Counted from the whole stretch's first letter, positions 36,166-48,122 are shown. The stretch is 62,922 nt of DNA, filler included, from Octopus bimaculoides (GCF_001194135.2; 10 parts of 8 records of this genome joined end to end with filler, not necessarily neighbours in it), one strand, 5' to 3'. Notes: generated by a model from the sequence alone, not told the origin. A program made the numbers and translations.

Positions 36166-37140
36166 CGTGTACGCATGTATGTGTGTATGTATGTATTTAT
36201 ATTTGTTTCTATGTATGTATGTATGTATGTATGTATCAGTCTGTCTGTCTATCTGTTTACATACAGGCACAATGCATAACGTACACCACATCACCTATCC
36301 TACGTTGAAAGTTTATAATATATACACATGCATTTACATGTGCGCACAGGTAGGGAGGTATGTATATACATGTGCCAACACATAAAACTCGTCAAGTCAC
36401 ACATACACACACGCACACACACACACACACACGCACACGCACACACACACACACACACGCACATTGTATACGTCAGACTAAAGAACTCATCACGTGTTGA
36501 AAGTTATGATAAAAACGAATGAAAAAAATAAACTAAAAACGTACTACAANNNNNNNNNNNNNNNNNNNNNNNNNNNNNNNNNNNNNNNNNNNNNNNNNNN
36601 NNNNNNNNNNNNNNNNNNNNNNNNNNNNNNNNNNNNNNNNNNNNNNNNNNNNNNNNNNNNNNNNNNNNNNNNNNNNNNNNNNNNNNNNNNNNNNNNNNNN
36701 NNNNNNNNNNNNNNNNNNNNNNNNNNNNNNNNNNNNNNNNNNNNNNNNNNNNNNNNNNNNNNNNNNNNNNNNNNNNNNNNNNNNNNNNNNNNNNNNNNNN
36801 NNNNNNNNNNNNNNNNNNNNNNNNNNNNNNNNNNNNNNNNNNNNNNNNNNNNNNNNNNNNNNNNNNNNNNNNNNNNNNNNNNNNNNNNNNNNNNNNNNNN
36901 NNNNNNNNNNNNNNNNNNNNNNNNNNNNNNNNNNNNNNNNNNNNNNNNNNNNNNNNCTCCTCCTCCTCCTCCTCATCATCATCACCATTCCCATCAGCCT
37001 TATCATCGTCATCATCATCATCGTCATCATCAACCTTAATAATACCTACACCACCATCACCAAGACCATCACCATCATAATCGTCACAATCGTCGTTATC
37101 GTTGTCGCTTTTATCATCAGTAAGCAGCAATTGATGAAGG

Positions 37141-37143
37141 AAC

Positions 37144-37178
<35 letters not shown>

Positions 37179-37292
37179 TAATAATAATAATAATAATGAT
37201 AATAATAATAATAATAATAATGATAATAATAATAATNNNNNNNNNNGATAATAATAATAATAATAATAATAATGATAATAATAATAATAATG

Positions 37293-37326
<34 letters not shown>

Positions 37327-37455
37327 TAATAATAATAATGATAATAATAATAATAACTGAGAAGAAAAATGAAAATGAAAAAGGAAAAAAAGAGGAAGAC
37401 AAGAAGCAGAAGAAGATGGAGGCCAAAGACGAAGAGAGGAGAAAGAAAGAAAGAG

Positions 37456-37494
<39 letters not shown>

Positions 37495-37495
37495 G

Positions 37496-37538
<43 letters not shown>

Positions 37539-37830
37539 ATGGAAGAAAAATAACGAAAAAGAATCTGAGATGAAATATGAAAATGAAGGGAAAAGAAGGC
37601 AAAAAAGAAAAAAAAATTAAAGGAGAAAAGCTGCGGAAAAAGAAGGCGAAAAAGAAGAAATGACTGTAGAAAAAGAAAAAGAAATGGGGTGGAAAAAAGA
37701 AGAAAATGAAAGACTCAGAGATGAAGGAGAAAGAATATAGAAAAGAGTTGATAAAACTCAAGAAAATTTCTAGTAGTAGTAGTAGTAGTAGTAGTGGTTG
37801 GTGGTGGTGGTGGTGGTGGTGGTGGTAGTT
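37141..37830. repeat. (AAT/GAT)n, purine-rich (GAAA)n and (GTA)(GGT)n low-complexity block
   Basis: Directly visible; explains the poly-I/N, KKER and poly-F ORFs. Confidence 0.95.
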
Positions 37831-38139
37831 AAGTGTATCTGCTCTCAGTGCCACCTCCCTCCGCCACTTAGTCCTCTCATCCGATCTATATTTATAAACC
37901 TGTCTTGTCACACAATCCATCCATCCATCCATCCATCCATCCATCCATCCATCCATCTACCCCTCTGTTTAAAGCGCAACTCAGCTGATTTTCTAACGCC
38001 GTAACTGGTTACCTTAGCTACTGTCTATCTACCTACCTACCTTATCTACTTAACCTGGTACGGGTGCCTTTCTTATTAAGCAACTATTTTGCCATACTGT
38101 ATCTGTCTGTATGGATGCCTGTGTGTATGAGAGAGAGAG

Positions 38140-38221
<82 letters not shown>

Positions 38222-38375
38222 TGTGTGTATGTCTTTCTTTCTCTCTCTGGCCGTCTCTCTCTCTCTCTTTCACTATCTCTGTTCCCTCTTCATTTTAGTC
38301 CACCTCGACTCATTCTCAAAAATACTTCCTCTCGTTCTTAGTCTTACTTCACTCCAGTCCATGTATTTTCTATCC

Positions 38376-38420
<45 letters not shown>

Positions 38421-38519
38421 CATACTTCTACTTTATTCTATTTCTCTCTTCCAGTCTCTCTCTCTCTTCCAGTCTCTCTCTCTCTTCCAGTCTCTCTCAC
38501 ACAGACTCTCTCACACAGA

Positions 38520-38550
<31 letters not shown>

Positions 38551-38656
38551 ACTCCCTCTTTCTCTTTTCCTTTCTCTCCCTCCTCTCTTCGTCTCTGCGA
38601 GTTCTGGAAGGTTTGAGAATTGAATGACGGTGAGATGAAAGGAACAGCTGTTTGTG

Positions 38657-38713
<57 letters not shown>

Positions 38714-38974
38714 ATGTATGTATTGTGTGTGTGTGTGTGTGTATGTGTGTGCATGTGTGTGTAATGTTGGCATCTACACCTCAATCCTACACCTTTCGAG
38801 AAAGAGGGCTGAGGTATAAGCTGTTGTAGTTGTTGCTGCTGCTACTGCCAATGCTATGCTGCACCTATTTAAGTTGCTGTTGCTAATGGGACTGCTGAAT
38901 ATGCTGGCGGTGCTGCTACTGGTGTGGGTGGCGGGTGCTACGGGTGCTACGGGTGCTTTCGAGCCAAAGGGTAT

Positions 38975-39222
38975 ACTCTTTACTCTTCTACTCTTTTGCT
39001 CGTTTCAGTCATTTGACTGCGGCCATGCTGGAGCACCGCCTTTATAGTCGAGCAAATCGACCCCAGAGCTTATTCTTTGTAAGCCTAGTACTAATCCTAT
39101 CGTTCCCTTTTGCCGAACCGTTAAGTTACGGGGACGTAAACACACCAGCATCGGTTGTCAAGCAATGCTGGGGAGATAAACAGACACACAAACATACACA
39201 CACACATACATATACATACATA
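38975..39222 (-). mobile_element. family B SINE body + tail running into (CA/TA)n and spacer
   Basis: Near-consensus gtttcagtcatttgactgcggccatgctggagcaccgcc...cggttgtcaagcaatgctgggg. Confidence 0.85.
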
Positions 39223-40150
39223 NNNNNNNNNNNNNNNNNNNNNNNNNNNNNNNNNNNNNNNNNNNNTTAATTAATTAANNNNNNNNNNNNNNNNNNNNNN
39301 NNNNNNNNNNNNNNNNNNNNNNACCAACAACGACAACAACAATAACGATAACAATAATAATAGTAGGAGAAGAGTTTGTGAGCGCACGGAATAGTAAGGA
39401 TGGAAACAGACCATATAGAAAGAATTGTAATAAAGATGTAAGCGGCGGCTGGGAATTTTGCTACCCATACCTAGGAGCAACTCAGTATAGATTGGATATA
39501 AATAAGAGAAATGGAACGGGTAATACAGTACAGTACAATACGGCCAATTGTTAGATCTCGAAACAGAATATAAGTGCATGACTCAACCATGATAAGGGTA
39601 GATATTAAATTAAAATATGAACTGGGTATAAGATAATAAACTGGGGATTTTAGTAAGAAGAGATGAGATTCAAATCTTAGTATAAAACCCATAGAATATA
39701 ATGGTAATAGCAAATAATGATAATATATTGAAATATTATTGAATATATCAGTGATGGAGCTTGAAAAGATTCCTAGGAGCAATGATTTCTGGATAAAATT
39801 CTCTTTGTCCAATAATGAGACACAGTAGTAATGTAAAATAAAATAATCGCAATGATAGCCTCCCAGGGGCAACAAAGATAATCTACCTATCGGGGATAAT
39901 AAATAAATTAATAATTAAATTAATAAATAAATTAATAAATAAATTAATAAATAAATAAATAAAATAAATTAATCAAGTAGACATTCACAGGAGAGCGGTA
40001 ACAATAGAAAAGATTGAGGAGTTACCTCCCCTGTATATCATAATCAAAATAAATCAAGACAGCATGGCGGAAAGTACGGTATAGTTAAATAATTTTTAAT
40101 AATCTGTTCTGATCGATAATTGTGGTTTTTGGTCATTTGTTCTAATGGAA

Positions 40151-40258
40151 GCCATTCCTGAGGAAGTGCCAAACGTCAGACATCCAACGGATGTCTGATA
40201 GATTTCGTTGGATAGAGTTGAGCACAGAAATGTTGACATCGAANNNNNNNNNNATGGT
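40151..40258 (+). ncRNA. type I hammerhead-like motif with enlarged, branched helix II
   Basis: CTGAGGA 40158-40164; GTGC/GCAC closing a 62-nt domain; GAAA 40227-40230; helix III ATGT-tg-ACAT; AUC triplet; helix I TTC/GAA then 10-N gap; 10.1-11.1 is an A-A mismatch. Confidence 0.55.
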
Positions 40259-40452
40259 AAATAATTATATAAATGGAATAAATATGGATCGTGTTGAAAA
40301 TCTCTATCCTTTTTAAATATGCAAATTTGAAACATTGGAAATATAGACAATGAGAACGATCCTTAAGGAATCTAATCAATGATCCTTTGGGGTGAAGTCT
40401 TATGCTATACTGGTAACAATTACAAAATTGAAGGGAAAATTATATATATATA

Positions 40453-40770
40453 TCTTAATATATAAAGCTGAAATTGTGTGTTTGTGTGAAGCCTTTTTGA
40501 AAGTTTATAGAAATCCACATTTTCCACTTTTTCGTAAAAGTTTTTATATCAATGGAATTTTCTCGATCTGAACTTTCGAGTGCAGTAATTAGATTTTTAA
40601 AATTCCTTTTACTTTGTGTAATTTAAGGGATATTTGGCTGTCGTTTCTTGCAACTTTTATATTTCCTCACTTCTCCCTGTACCGGCGTTCTTATAGAAGA
40701 GTAAAAGAGGGAGAGGGAGGGAGAGAGAGAAAGTGATACATAGATAGTCATAGATTAACTTGGTTTACCT
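40453..40770 (+). mobile_element. possible non-autonomous Helitron 5' portion
   Basis: Begins a|TCTTAATATATAAAGCTGAAATTGTGTG, resembling TC-start Helitron 5' ends; 3' end lost at spacer. Confidence 0.35.
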
Positions 40771-40870
40771 NNNNNNNNNNNNNNNNNNNNNNNNNNNNNN
40801 NNNNNNNNNNNNNNTTAATTAATTAANNNNNNNNNNNNNNNNNNNNNNNNNNNNNNNNNNNNNNNNNNNN

Positions 40871-41365
40871 TATATTTATATTTATATTTATTTATTTATT
40901 TCTCCATAGTTTCAGCTCAGAGCTGCGGTCATGCTGATGCACCGCCGTTTTGCTACACTGCTATTACTGAGGGCCTCCTCCAATATGTGGCGCTTGGTGA
41001 AGAATGAAGTTTGATGTAGCTACCTTCATTTGCACCTCTTGCCGTGAGGTACGTTCATCTGGGACTCTCGACAGGAAGAGGTCCAAATTTGATTAAAAAA
41101 CCCCTACATCTACTTTGTGCAGGTTCCTCAAGCTCTTTGGGAGAATATTAAAAAGCTGTGGGCCCCTGACACCCAAACTGTTGCGGTAACTGGTCCTGAA
41201 GCGCGATGGCATTGCTGGGATCTTTGGCACCATGCAGTGTTGTCCCGTTCTGGCATTGGTGTAGCTTTCAATGTCAAAATTTGGCACAATTCCTTCCAGG
41301 ATCTTCCAGATGTATATTACTGCATACCTCTCCCGCCTTCTCTCCAAGGAGTAGAGTCTTAGCTG
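40871..41365 (-). mobile_element. CR1/L2-group LINE 3' end with structured tail
   Basis: LRLYSLERRRERYAVIYIWKILEGIVPN...RGPQLFNILPKSLRNL, then SNLDLFLSRVPDE...GGPQ**; 3' UTR ggcggtgcatcagcatgaccgcagctctgagctgaaac and (TAAA)n-like tail. Confidence 0.88.
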
Positions 41366-41740
41366 TTTCCCCACCACCGCATGACAACCAGAGCTGATAT
41401 GTTTACGTCCTCGTAACTTAACGGGTTGGCAAAAGAAACCAATACAATAAGTATCAGGCTTCAAAAAAGTAAGTGGCTCCAGCAGGGGGTTGTGGCGAAC
41501 ACTGCTCTACTCTTTAACAACAACTTTCTCTTACGTTTTCTTCCTGTTTCTGTTGTACCTGTATTTCAAAAGGCCAGCCTTGTCACACTCTGTGTCACGC
41601 TGAATCTACCCCCGAGAACTACGTTGAGGGTACACGTGTCTGTGGAGCGCTCAGCCACTTGCACGTTAATTTCACGAGTAGGCTGTTCGGTTGATCGGAT
41701 CAACTGGAACCCTCGTCGACATAACCGACGGAGTGCCACG
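41366..41740 (+). mobile_element. family B body fragment fused to 5'-truncated family A SINE
   Basis: ccccaccaccgcatgacaacc...gtttacgtcctcgtaactt (B) until ~41470, then gtggcgaacactgctctactc...ggatcaactggaaccctcgtcgac...gacggagtgcca (A). Confidence 0.75.
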
Positions 41741-43073
41741 ACTCACATTTACACAGCAGGCTACATTAATACCCAGTAAATAGGCTGGTTGTTCAATTTT
41801 TCTAACAACTAGCCCACTTGTTCGTGGAAATCAGCGTGAAACCCCCTCGTGTGTTGTTTATCTACCACAAATAATGGTACGTTGGAAGCAGAGAATCACT
41901 TACAAAGAAACATATATTGAAGTGATAAGTTGCCGATGTCCACAACAGGAAAGATAAGTTTTAGAAGAGGTGAAATAGGATTGTTGACATTCACTAACTG
42001 AGGTAATTATTGACGAAATTCAAGTAACATGCAGCTTTAACAGGAATCGAAAGAAAAGCATAGTCCAAAGTGACCGATAATTTGTCACTGTACGTAAAAT
42101 CTTGCAACAAAGTCAATATTAAATTTTGAGATTCTATCAAATATTTTGTTCATCTCTTGTCTTCTTAGCTTAGTTAGAGAGCCGGTGGCACATAAGATAT
42201 TTTCAGTTTGTGACCTGAGGAAGTTGAGAACACGCAAAATGTGATTATTCGTTTTGCTTTAGATGTGCACAAAATAAAATTACTATCTTTTAAATAAGAA
42301 ATTATAGCTGCAAGAAATTTAAGTTTGGTCGGTCAAGTTTGCAAAGTTGGTAAGAAAACTGTTCTTGATAGTCATTATTTTAGTGCTTATGGCAATTGAA
42401 AAGTCGATACCTGCATGACGCCAGACTAAACGTATTTCAAAATATAGTTTCGTACCTATAGGCTCTCAATCAAAATAACAAAACAAAGATATAAATGAAA
42501 ATATTCAACTCTGCTCAACTATATTATGATTGTAAGTATCTGTACAATGCTGTCGTAAATTCCATCCATTATACGTAAATCCATGGAATTTACCGTTTAC
42601 TTACAAGCCAAATGGTGCAGCGCTTTATAAAAGATACCATTATTAGAAAGACAGAGGAACCGCAAGGAACGGAGGAAACGGATATCTACTTTGGGCCCAA
42701 ATATAGCCGCAGTATAGTAAGATTAGTTACCAGTGTTGAGTTCAAATGGCTTTGAGGACACTGCCTGGAGCTCTAGGCAATAAACATCTTATGTATGTAT
42801 GTATGTATGTATGTATGTATGTATGTATGTATATATATGTATATATATATAGTTGGAATTTACAAAAAGACAAAAGACGAAGTCAGGTGTGTAAACAGCA
42901 AACAGGTGTATTAGTTTAATGCTCGGGAAGGTGAGATAGTAAAGTAGTGGTGATCCCAAAACGAAGGTGCGCGTGCATATGTATGTGCGTGTGGATAGGG
43001 GCTGGTGACCTTAACGTGTGGGTGCTGGAAAGTGGTCAGTGCTAGCGTGTGCGGGGTGGTGTGATGTGGTGTT

Positions 43074-43143
<70 letters not shown>

Positions 43144-43243
43144 NNNNNNNNNNNNNNNNNNNNNNNNNNNNNNNNNNNNNNNNNNNNTTAATTAATTAAN
43201 NNNNNNNNNNNNNNNNNNNNNNNNNNNNNNNNNNNNNNNNNNN

Positions 43244-43278
<35 letters not shown>

Positions 43279-44186
43279 AATATATAATATATGTGTGTAT
43301 GAATGTATAAATGTGTGTGTGTGTGTAATTTGGTTTTAACTGTGGAACTTGAAGTAGATGAAGCTATAGATAATAAAGTGCAAATATCGGTTTAAATGCC
43401 ATTGTGATAGAAAACGTCGAAGTTTCTGAATTTTTATGATGTAAACAATATACAGTCCTCGTTGGTAAGAAAAATGCTTCTAAAACAGATAGAGAAATTG
43501 GAAGGATTGCTTTGGTATAATGGTAGAACGTCTGTCATGTTTACAGAAGATGTGGATTGGAGTCTCACGGGCAACTTTCGACATTTTTATCCATCTACTT
43601 CGTCAGTGTCAAATACTGCAGAAGTAGAAAGTCGGTTATAAGAATGAACTTCATCAGCTGGTACAGTAGCAGAAAGAAAATAGTTGGTTCATGGAATGTA
43701 TTCACATGAAAAGTCTCGTATGCAATTACATGATCTAATCAGGCTTTATCTTTACAGCTGTTTCGGATAATTGATGACTGATGCTATAACCATGCATACT
43801 ATGAAATAAAGCCCCAAATTATTGTAAGTATATGATAAGATACGGGTTTTGAAAGACTCGTGGAGCATAGTCACAGTATCCTCATCAGAAACCACTGCAA
43901 AGATAAGACTTAGCTGCGTCATGTAAATGTATGCGCAAATTTCCATATAAATACTTTCCGTACACCTGTTATTGTTCGTCTCCTCTGCTGCTACTTATAT
44001 ATATATATATATATATATATGCGCGCGCGCGTATGNNNNNNNNNNTATTTACTTGGAGAATGGAGCAACAAATACAAGAAAAAGCATTTTCGTTGGACTA
44101 GATAGCCGTTATTTATTACGTGGAGCTTGTGAAATGAGTCAGTGTGGAGGTTTAGGTTATGTAATGAGTCATTTTGTATATTATGT

Positions 44187-44250
44187 CTTAGTCACTTACG
44201 TACGTTTCGATGCAGCCAGTAGTTTGGCCGATCTCTTCAGAGTGTTGAAG
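44187..44250 (-). ncRNA. minimal type I hammerhead ribozyme (Penelope-type)
   Basis: Minus strand ctt caa CACT CTGAAGA gatcggcc aaactact ggctgcatc GAAA cg ta cg TA | AGTG act aag; all core nucleotides present; palindrome ACGTACGT across helix III; GUA cut between 44197 and 44196. Confidence 0.78.
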
Positions 44251-44556
44251 GGTATATTCGAAGTTTGTGGTGTGCGAAATGTAGGAGAAGTAATTATTGG
44301 GTGTAATATATGCGGTGGTGTGATAGTGGTGGTAGGTAAATAGAGCCTTACGTTTTAGTTGTTGCGTTGGTCTTTTTGTAAGGGGATATAGGGTGGGTGC
44401 TATTTAAGAACATTGTTCCAGTTTTAGTCAAGTGCATCTCCACGTGATGTTTGTGGTTGCTGGATGCGCTATATATATATATGTGCTTGTATTTATATGT
44501 ATATACATATATATGTATTTATATGTAATAGTCAGCTTATAGCACTCCCTATTGGA

Positions 44557-44599
44557 TTGAGGACTGCATTTCGAATCCTTTAGATCTCCTCAGCACCAG
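44557..44599 (-). ncRNA. decayed type I hammerhead motif
   Basis: ctggtg CTGAGGA gatct aaa ggattc GAAA tgca GTC ctc; C15.2 missing from a presumed ACTGCAGT palindrome; helix I only partly pairs. Confidence 0.4.
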
Positions 44600-44987
44600 A
44601 TAACATAGGGAGGCATCTCTGATCTAGACTACAAGACGATATTCACATAGCTTGCAAGATTATTTTCACGCAAACGTTACCGTTCTGTCGAATCTTAAAA
44701 ACAATGGAACGTATTAATTAGCAGAGCAGGTTGAGTCGGAGAAACGAATGAAGAAATATCAATAAAACGTTTTAAACAAACTCTGTTCCTGTAAAGTGAT
44801 AGAGACATTGAATATTGAAAATGCACATGTAATGTTATATTCTATTTTATTTCATGTTTTTCTTCGCTATTTTATAATAATCACAATATTTATTACGAGG
44901 TCTCAAATATCTCCTATCGTAAATTTAACATGTGTGAACTGAGATTCTCTCTCATTCTCCCAATACATACATACATACATACATACA

Positions 44988-45022
<35 letters not shown>

Positions 45023-46191
45023 NNNNNNNNNNNNNNNNNNNNNNNNNNNNNNNNNNNNNNNNNNNNNNNNNNNNNNNNNNNNNNNNNNNNNNNNNNNNNN
45101 NNNNNNNNNNNNNNNNNNNNNNNNNNNNNNNNNNNNNNNNNNNNNNNNNNNNNNNNNNNNNNNNNNNNNNNNNNNNNNNNNNNNNNNNNNNNNNNNNNNN
45201 NNNNNNNNNNNNNNNNNNNNNNNNNNNNNNNNNNNNNNNNNNNNNNNNNNNNNNNNNNNNNNNNNNNNNNNNNNNNNNNNNNNNNNNNNNNNNNNNNNNN
45301 NNNNNNNNNNNNNNNNNNNNNNNNNNNNNNNNNNNNNNNNNNNNNNNNNNNNNNNNNNNNNNNNNNNNNNNNNNNNNNNNNNNNNNNNNNNNNNNNNNNN
45401 NNNNNNNNNNNNNNNNNNNNNNNNNNNNNNNNNNNNNNNNNNNNNNNNNNNNNNNNNNNNNNNNNNNNNNNNNNNNNNNNNNNNNNNNNNNNNNNNNNNN
45501 NNNNNNNNNNNNNNNNNNNNNNNNNNNNNNNNNNNNNNNNNNNNNNNNNNNNNNNNNNNNNNNNNNNNNNNNNNNNNNNNNNNNNNNNNNNNNNNNNNNN
45601 NNNNNNNNNNNNNNNNNNNNNNNNNNNNNNNNNNNNNNNNNNNNNNNNNNNNNNNNNNNNNNNNNNNNNNNNNNNNNNNNNNNNNNNNNNNNNNNNNNNN
45701 NNNNNNNNNNNNNNNNNNNNNNNNNNNNNNNNNNNNNNNNNNNNNNNNNNNNNNNNNNNNNNNNNNNNNNNNNNNNNNNNNNNNTTTAACCCAATAATGT
45801 TTCTTAAAATTTATTTTTTCATTATGATTATGTAATTACAAGCAATTACATAATTGCATAATGAAAAAAAAATAATTAAGAATATGAAAAATCAAAATAA
45901 GATGATTATGCAAGAACTTAGTTAAATTATAATTAATTATGATATCATGATATATAAACAGTATTTAAAATTGTAAAACAAATGTAATTCGTTTTGTATA
46001 ATTTTCTGATATTTCTTGTTTTCGGGGAAAACAATTGCATTAATGGGTTAAAAGCAAGCAGCAGCAGCAGCAGCAGCAGCAGTAACATCATCAGCAACAA
46101 TAACAGCAACAGCAACACATCAACATCACCACTGTCATCATCGTCACCATCATCATTATCATCATCATCATCATCATTATCATCATACTAC

Positions 46192-46223
<32 letters not shown>

Positions 46224-46447
46224 CAATTATCATAATATAATTATAATTATAATAAAAAAAAATCACCGAATGTTGATTACTTCATTTATTATTTTCCTTT
46301 TTTTTTTTACCCCCCCCCCCCACCTTCTTGTTACCCGACGGCCGAATATGTACTCAAGAAAGACACCCGGCTCAAGTATCGAAGACAAAGGAAAGCGTTA
46401 TATGCATATATATATATGCATGATATATATCTATATGTAGAGTTGGG

Positions 46448-46806
46448 GCTTCGAACGAACAAACAAGAGCTTTTCCCTTCTCCTCACTCCCTTTGTTTTT
46501 TTTTTCCCTCATCCTCTCTCTTGTCCCCTTACCCTCAGCCTGTTGCTCACACGTGACTACAAGCCATTTCTCTCGGCCCTGTCTTTACTAGACAAGACGT
46601 CCACTGGGCTGGACGTCATTTCTCTCGCCTCCCGACATTTTTTTCTCTTCTACTACTTTCTTCTCTTCTATTTATTCTATATCCATTCAAAATTTCTCCA
46701 AGGCTTTACTCATTACAATGCGTCTTGGCCTAACGGCCCTTAATGTTTGTCTTCGTCGATTCCTTACTTTGTACGTCCACTCTGTTCTTGTTTGTTCGTT
46801 CGAAGC
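46448..46806. repeat. 359-bp segment bounded by perfect 21-bp inverted repeats (MITE-like)
   Basis: gcttcgaacgaacaaacaaga (46448-46468) and its exact reverse complement (46786-46806); no clear TSD. Confidence 0.7.
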
Positions 46807-47863
46807 ATTCTTGAACTGAAATCCTTACCTGAACGCATGCAACAGAGTGAAATCCACTACAAGCCTCCAAGACACACGCTGTTAGCATAAAATATTGAGT
46901 CTACCATCCATAAAGACCCTCCAAGGATTTGAAATCTGAACGTGAAAAGCCGGCACAAATATCGCCAGGCATACCGGTCCCATCTTCTTACGGTTGCACC
47001 ACCAGTCCATCGCATTTGGATTGCTACAATCTTTTTTCGACCCCTGTAAGGATGAAAGCCTTATTTTCCCTGTGTGAGATTGGAACTTAGAGTACAGAGT
47101 GTCGGAACAGATCCAGTAATGTATCCAATGCTACGTTCTTAGGCATTGGTATTCTTTTATCGACCTTCAAAAGGATAAAAGCGTAAGCTGTCCACGGCCA
47201 GATTTGAGCTCAGAGCGTAAAATGTCCGAAGAAATTGCATGACACGTCATATCAAGCTCTCTTACGCTTTTAACGCCCCTGATCAATCACTGCGTCATTG
47301 ATTTCTGGGTTACATAACTTTTGTTTGGCGTTTGATCCATAATATCCTATTGTAATTTCGACTGAACTTATTTATGTGAAGATAGAGTGTTATTAAATGG
47401 AGTTAATCTATATATGAAACGCATTTCTCGTCTAAGTTCATTGATCTCACACAAGGAATCTGAAAGAAGTTTATACCAGTCAAGAAACTATTACACTGAC
47501 TGTCAGAATATATCTGCATTGATGCTAACATCATATTATGAAAATATGTGGTTTAACTTCGTATATTAAGTGGTGACAATCTAATCTGTGTTCCTGGACA
47601 TACGTATACCACTTCGAGGTACAATGTCGGTACTTGGACCAACGAAAGAGTTCAATGTGCTGGTGTATTTCAGGCAACGGGGTTACGATATAGTATAGTA
47701 AGACAACTAGGAAGGTAATTTTCAAAAACTTCCTTATCTTAATTGCTCTTAGCTACTTGATTCAGTTATAGTATTTCATCCGGCTCCCTTGCCTTCCTAA
47801 CCTCTCCCACAAATAGGGTTACCTTGTTGTCTTACTATATCACAACGAGCAGAGCCTCTATAT

Positions 47864-48122
47864 CAGGAGTTCTCAACTTGGGGTTCATATAAGATTTTTA
47901 GGGTCCATGAAATGTTTTGCTTTATTGTAAGAAACAGCTACGTTTCTTTCTCTGACATTTTACCTAGTTCGGCCAACACGAGTGAGTGTGTAATAAACAA
48001 AATAGGAATTTAGAAAGGAGAACCTATCAACTAGTTTCTAAACACCGAATGGCTATGGGAATCCACCAGCATAAAATAGTAATCAAACGGGTCCACAGAT
48101 AGAAAATGGTTGAGAACCACTG
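47864..48122. mobile_element. hAT/Charlie-like MITE
   Basis: TIRs CAGGAGTTCTCAAC / GTTGAGAACCACTG; 8-bp flanks ctctatat and tattatat match 5/8; homolog at 4673-5022. Confidence 0.7.

Noticed and set aside
37340-37770. Lys/Glu-rich ORF resembling a charged protein domain
   Set aside because: Built from (GAAA)n and purine-rich low-complexity sequence between microsatellites.
43570-43895. Three CTGAYGA sites on the minus strand (~43600, 43651, 43882)
   Set aside because: Each lacks either GAAA or pairing helices I/III; at most very decayed relics.
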